From IMG/VR virus record IMGVR_UViG_3300022876_000172, positions 1 through 56,684 of that record: a stretch of DNA of 56,684 bases; one strand, written 5' to 3'. The notes beneath the pieces are model-generated. The model worked only from the letters and a program-made list of their open reading frames with translations. It made no database searches and was not told the origin of the DNA. Each line of letters opens with the position of its first letter. Positions within the stretch are counted from its first letter, which is position 1. A program made the translations under genes and the position numbers. Shown here piece after piece: positions 55,064-56,684 of the stretch. The stretch comes from a virus (lineage: Duplodnaviria > Caudoviricetes).

Positions 55064-56097
55064 CCAGCCTCAACAAGCTCGGCCTGCTTGATCCAGACAA
55101 ATACGCCGAACTGTTCCCCAGCTCGCAAGCTGCGGTCGGCGGTAAGCCGACTTTTGGCGAATATGCTCAGCTCTGGCTAGACAGCCGCGAAATCACCCAA
55201 GGTACGCACAACAACTACAAAAGCGCCCTGAACCTCTACTGGGTACCGCGACTTGCCATGGTCCGTGTCGACCTGATCACGACCAATCTCCTCCGCCGCG
55301 TCATCATTGAAACCGAATGGACCTCGGCAAATGTGAAGCGCAATGCGATCACCCGATTGTCGACGATCCTTGCGGCAGCGACTCGGGAGGGCCTGCTAGT
55401 CAAGAACCCCGCCGAGCTGATCGAACTGCCGAAGCGGTCGAAGAAGGAGATCGACCCATTCAGCCTGGCGGAAGCCAATAGCATCATCAACAAGCTGTAT
55501 CAGCACAAGCACTGGCCTAGCCTGATCTATGCCGCTCTGTTCGAGTTCATGTTCTTCACCGGCCTCCGCCTGTCGGAGGCATTGGCGGTACGGTGGGATG
55601 TGATCGATATGGGAAGAAAGACGGTGCACGTCAAGAGGACTGTCGCCCTGGGCGAGGTGGAGGAAAGGACGAAAACCGGTCGGGACCGTTTCGTGCTGCT
55701 GAACGATAGGGCCTTACGGGCTATCCAGTTCGCCAGGCAATACGCGGATCGCCGCAGAGATGGTAAGGGGGCGGTGACCGAAACGCCGTTCCTGTTCCCG
55801 CCATCGAAGAACGCCGAGTACGTGAAACAGACGTCCGACCTCCACAAGCAGTGGGTGCCTGTGCTCAATGAATTGGGGATCAGGCGTCGTCCCCCATACA
55901 ACTGCCGTCACACCTATGCGACAATATGCTTAATGTCCGGCCTCAACCCCGCATTTATCGCCCAACAGCTGGGTCACAGCGTGCAGATGCTGCTGTCGAC
56001 GTATGCCCGTTGGCTTAACTCAAGCTCTGACTGGAGCGAGCTGGAAAAACTCAAGATTGGTATCAAATCGGTATCAGCTGAAAGCCCAGCGTCGTAA
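54904..56097 (+). CDS. int: Phage tyrosine integrase
   Basis: N-terminal arm-binding domain, TGLRLSE, TKT, Y.CRHTYAT, QLGHS, TY; adjacent to attR. Confidence 0.95.
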   Translation: MAGKPMGLPRGVEIFRNSLRIRFTWDGIRRCETLPYPPTQKGIKAASSLRDQVTSLNKLGLLDPDKYAELFPSSQAAVGGKPTFGEYAQLWLDSREITQGTHNNYKSALNLYWVPRLAMVRVDLITTNLLRRVIIETEWTSANVKRNAITRLSTILAAATREGLLVKNPAELIELPKRSKKEIDPFSLAEANSIINKLYQHKHWPSLIYAALFEFMFFTGLRLSEALAVRWDVIDMGRKTVHVKRTVALGEVEERTKTGRDRFVLLNDRALRAIQFARQYADRRRDGKGAVTETPFLFPPSKNAEYVKQTSDLHKQWVPVLNELGIRRRPPYNCRHTYATICLMSGLNPAFIAQQLGHSVQMLLSTYARWLNSSSDWSELEKLKIGIKSVSAESPAS

Positions 56098-56122
56098 GTT
56101 ACTGATAGGTAAGCCCTTTGAT
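56058..56122. promoter_or_regulatory. att arm: arm-type repeats and IHF-like sites
   Basis: TGGTATCAAATCGGTATCA; reverse complement TATCAGTAACTTA at 56095-56107 fits the IHF consensus. Confidence 0.65.
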
Positions 56123-56149
56123 CTCCACCGCCAACATCACCATGCAGTT
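56118..56149 (+). repeat. attR
   Basis: Direct repeat of 2192-2223. Confidence 0.95.
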
Positions 56150-56684
56150 CGGCTCCAAGCCGCTGTTTGAAAACGTTTCCGTCAAATTCAACAACGGCAA
56201 CCGCTACGGCCTCATCGGCGCCAACGGTTGCGGTAAGTCGACCTTCATGAAGATCCTCGGCGGCGACCTTGAGCCGTCCGGTGGCCAGGTCATGCTCGAG
56301 CCGAACACCCGCCTCGGCAAGCTGCGCCAGGACCAGTTCGCCTACGAGGAATTCACCGTGATCGATACGGTGATCATGGGCCACGGCCAGCTGTGGAAGG
56401 TCAAAGCCGAGCGCGATCGTATCTACTCGCTGCCAGAAATGACCGAGGAAGACGGCATGGCCGTCGCCGAGCTGGAAACCGAATTCGCCGAGATGGACGG
56501 TTACACCGCCGAATCGCGCGCCGGTGAACTGCTGCTGGGCCTGGGGATTCCGCTGGACCAGCACTTCGGCCCGATGAGCGAAGTGGCGCCGGGCTGGAAG
56601 CTGCGTGTGCTGCTGGCCCAGGCGCTGTTCTCGGACCCGGACGTGCTGCTGCTCGACGAACCGACCAACCACCTGGACATCAAC
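56118..56684 (+). CDS. ybiT: ABC-F family ATPase (partial, runs off the window)
   Basis: TTG start; [24 protein letters not shown]...GANGCGKST...[11 protein letters not shown]. Confidence 0.92.
   Translation, partial: MISTANITMQFGSKPLFENVSVKFNNGNRYGLIGANGCGKSTFMKILGGDLEPSGGQVMLEPNTRLGKLRQDQFAYEEFTVIDTVIMGHGQLWKVKAERDRIYSLPEMTEEDGMAVAELETEFAEMDGYTAESRAGELLLGLGIPLDQHFGPMSEVAPGWKLRVLLAQALFSDPDVLLLDEPTNHLDIN

Larger units (their letters stand above)
2192..56149. mobile_element. Integrated temperate prophage (HK97-like head, Mu/SfV-like contractile tail, lambdoid regulation)
   Basis: Flanked by a duplicated att core; contains integrase, repressor, replication, packaging, head, tail and lysis genes in canonical order. 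Confidence 0.95.

Noticed and set aside
55974-56672. 232-aa minus-strand ORF
   Set aside because: Shadow of ybiT on the plus strand

Overview
Almost the whole window is one apparently complete temperate prophage of a Pseudomonas-type host (about 2192-56149). It is integrated in the first codons of the ABC-F ATPase gene ybiT, which starts at 56118, and the 23-bp att core ACCGCCAACATCACCATGCAGTT is duplicated at 2201 and 56127. The phage has a lambdoid control region (cI/cro, operators, PL/PR, O/P-type replication, Q-like gene), an HK97-type head and a Mu/SfV-type contractile tail. Lysis genes are split: the holin lies next to the terminase, while endolysin and spanins follow the tail genes. 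Left of attL is the end of an older, related element with a truncated integrase, implying tandem integration at the same site. Main points of interest: (i) a receptor module with an extra 965-aa fibre inserted between the baseplate wedge genes, a glycerophosphodiesterase (GDPD) with a tailspike-like N-terminus, and a convergent NeuO-like O-acetyltransferase; (ii) a second tyrosine recombinase with intact catalytic motifs, translationally coupled inside the replication/Q operon; (iii) about ten antisense accessory genes in the left operon, some bounded by duplicated core-gene starts; (iv) a GPGGG-octapeptide repeat gene between duplicated genes; (v) a highly structured boxA-containing PL leader with no evident N gene. 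Family assignments come from motif recognition by eye and were not checked against databases.
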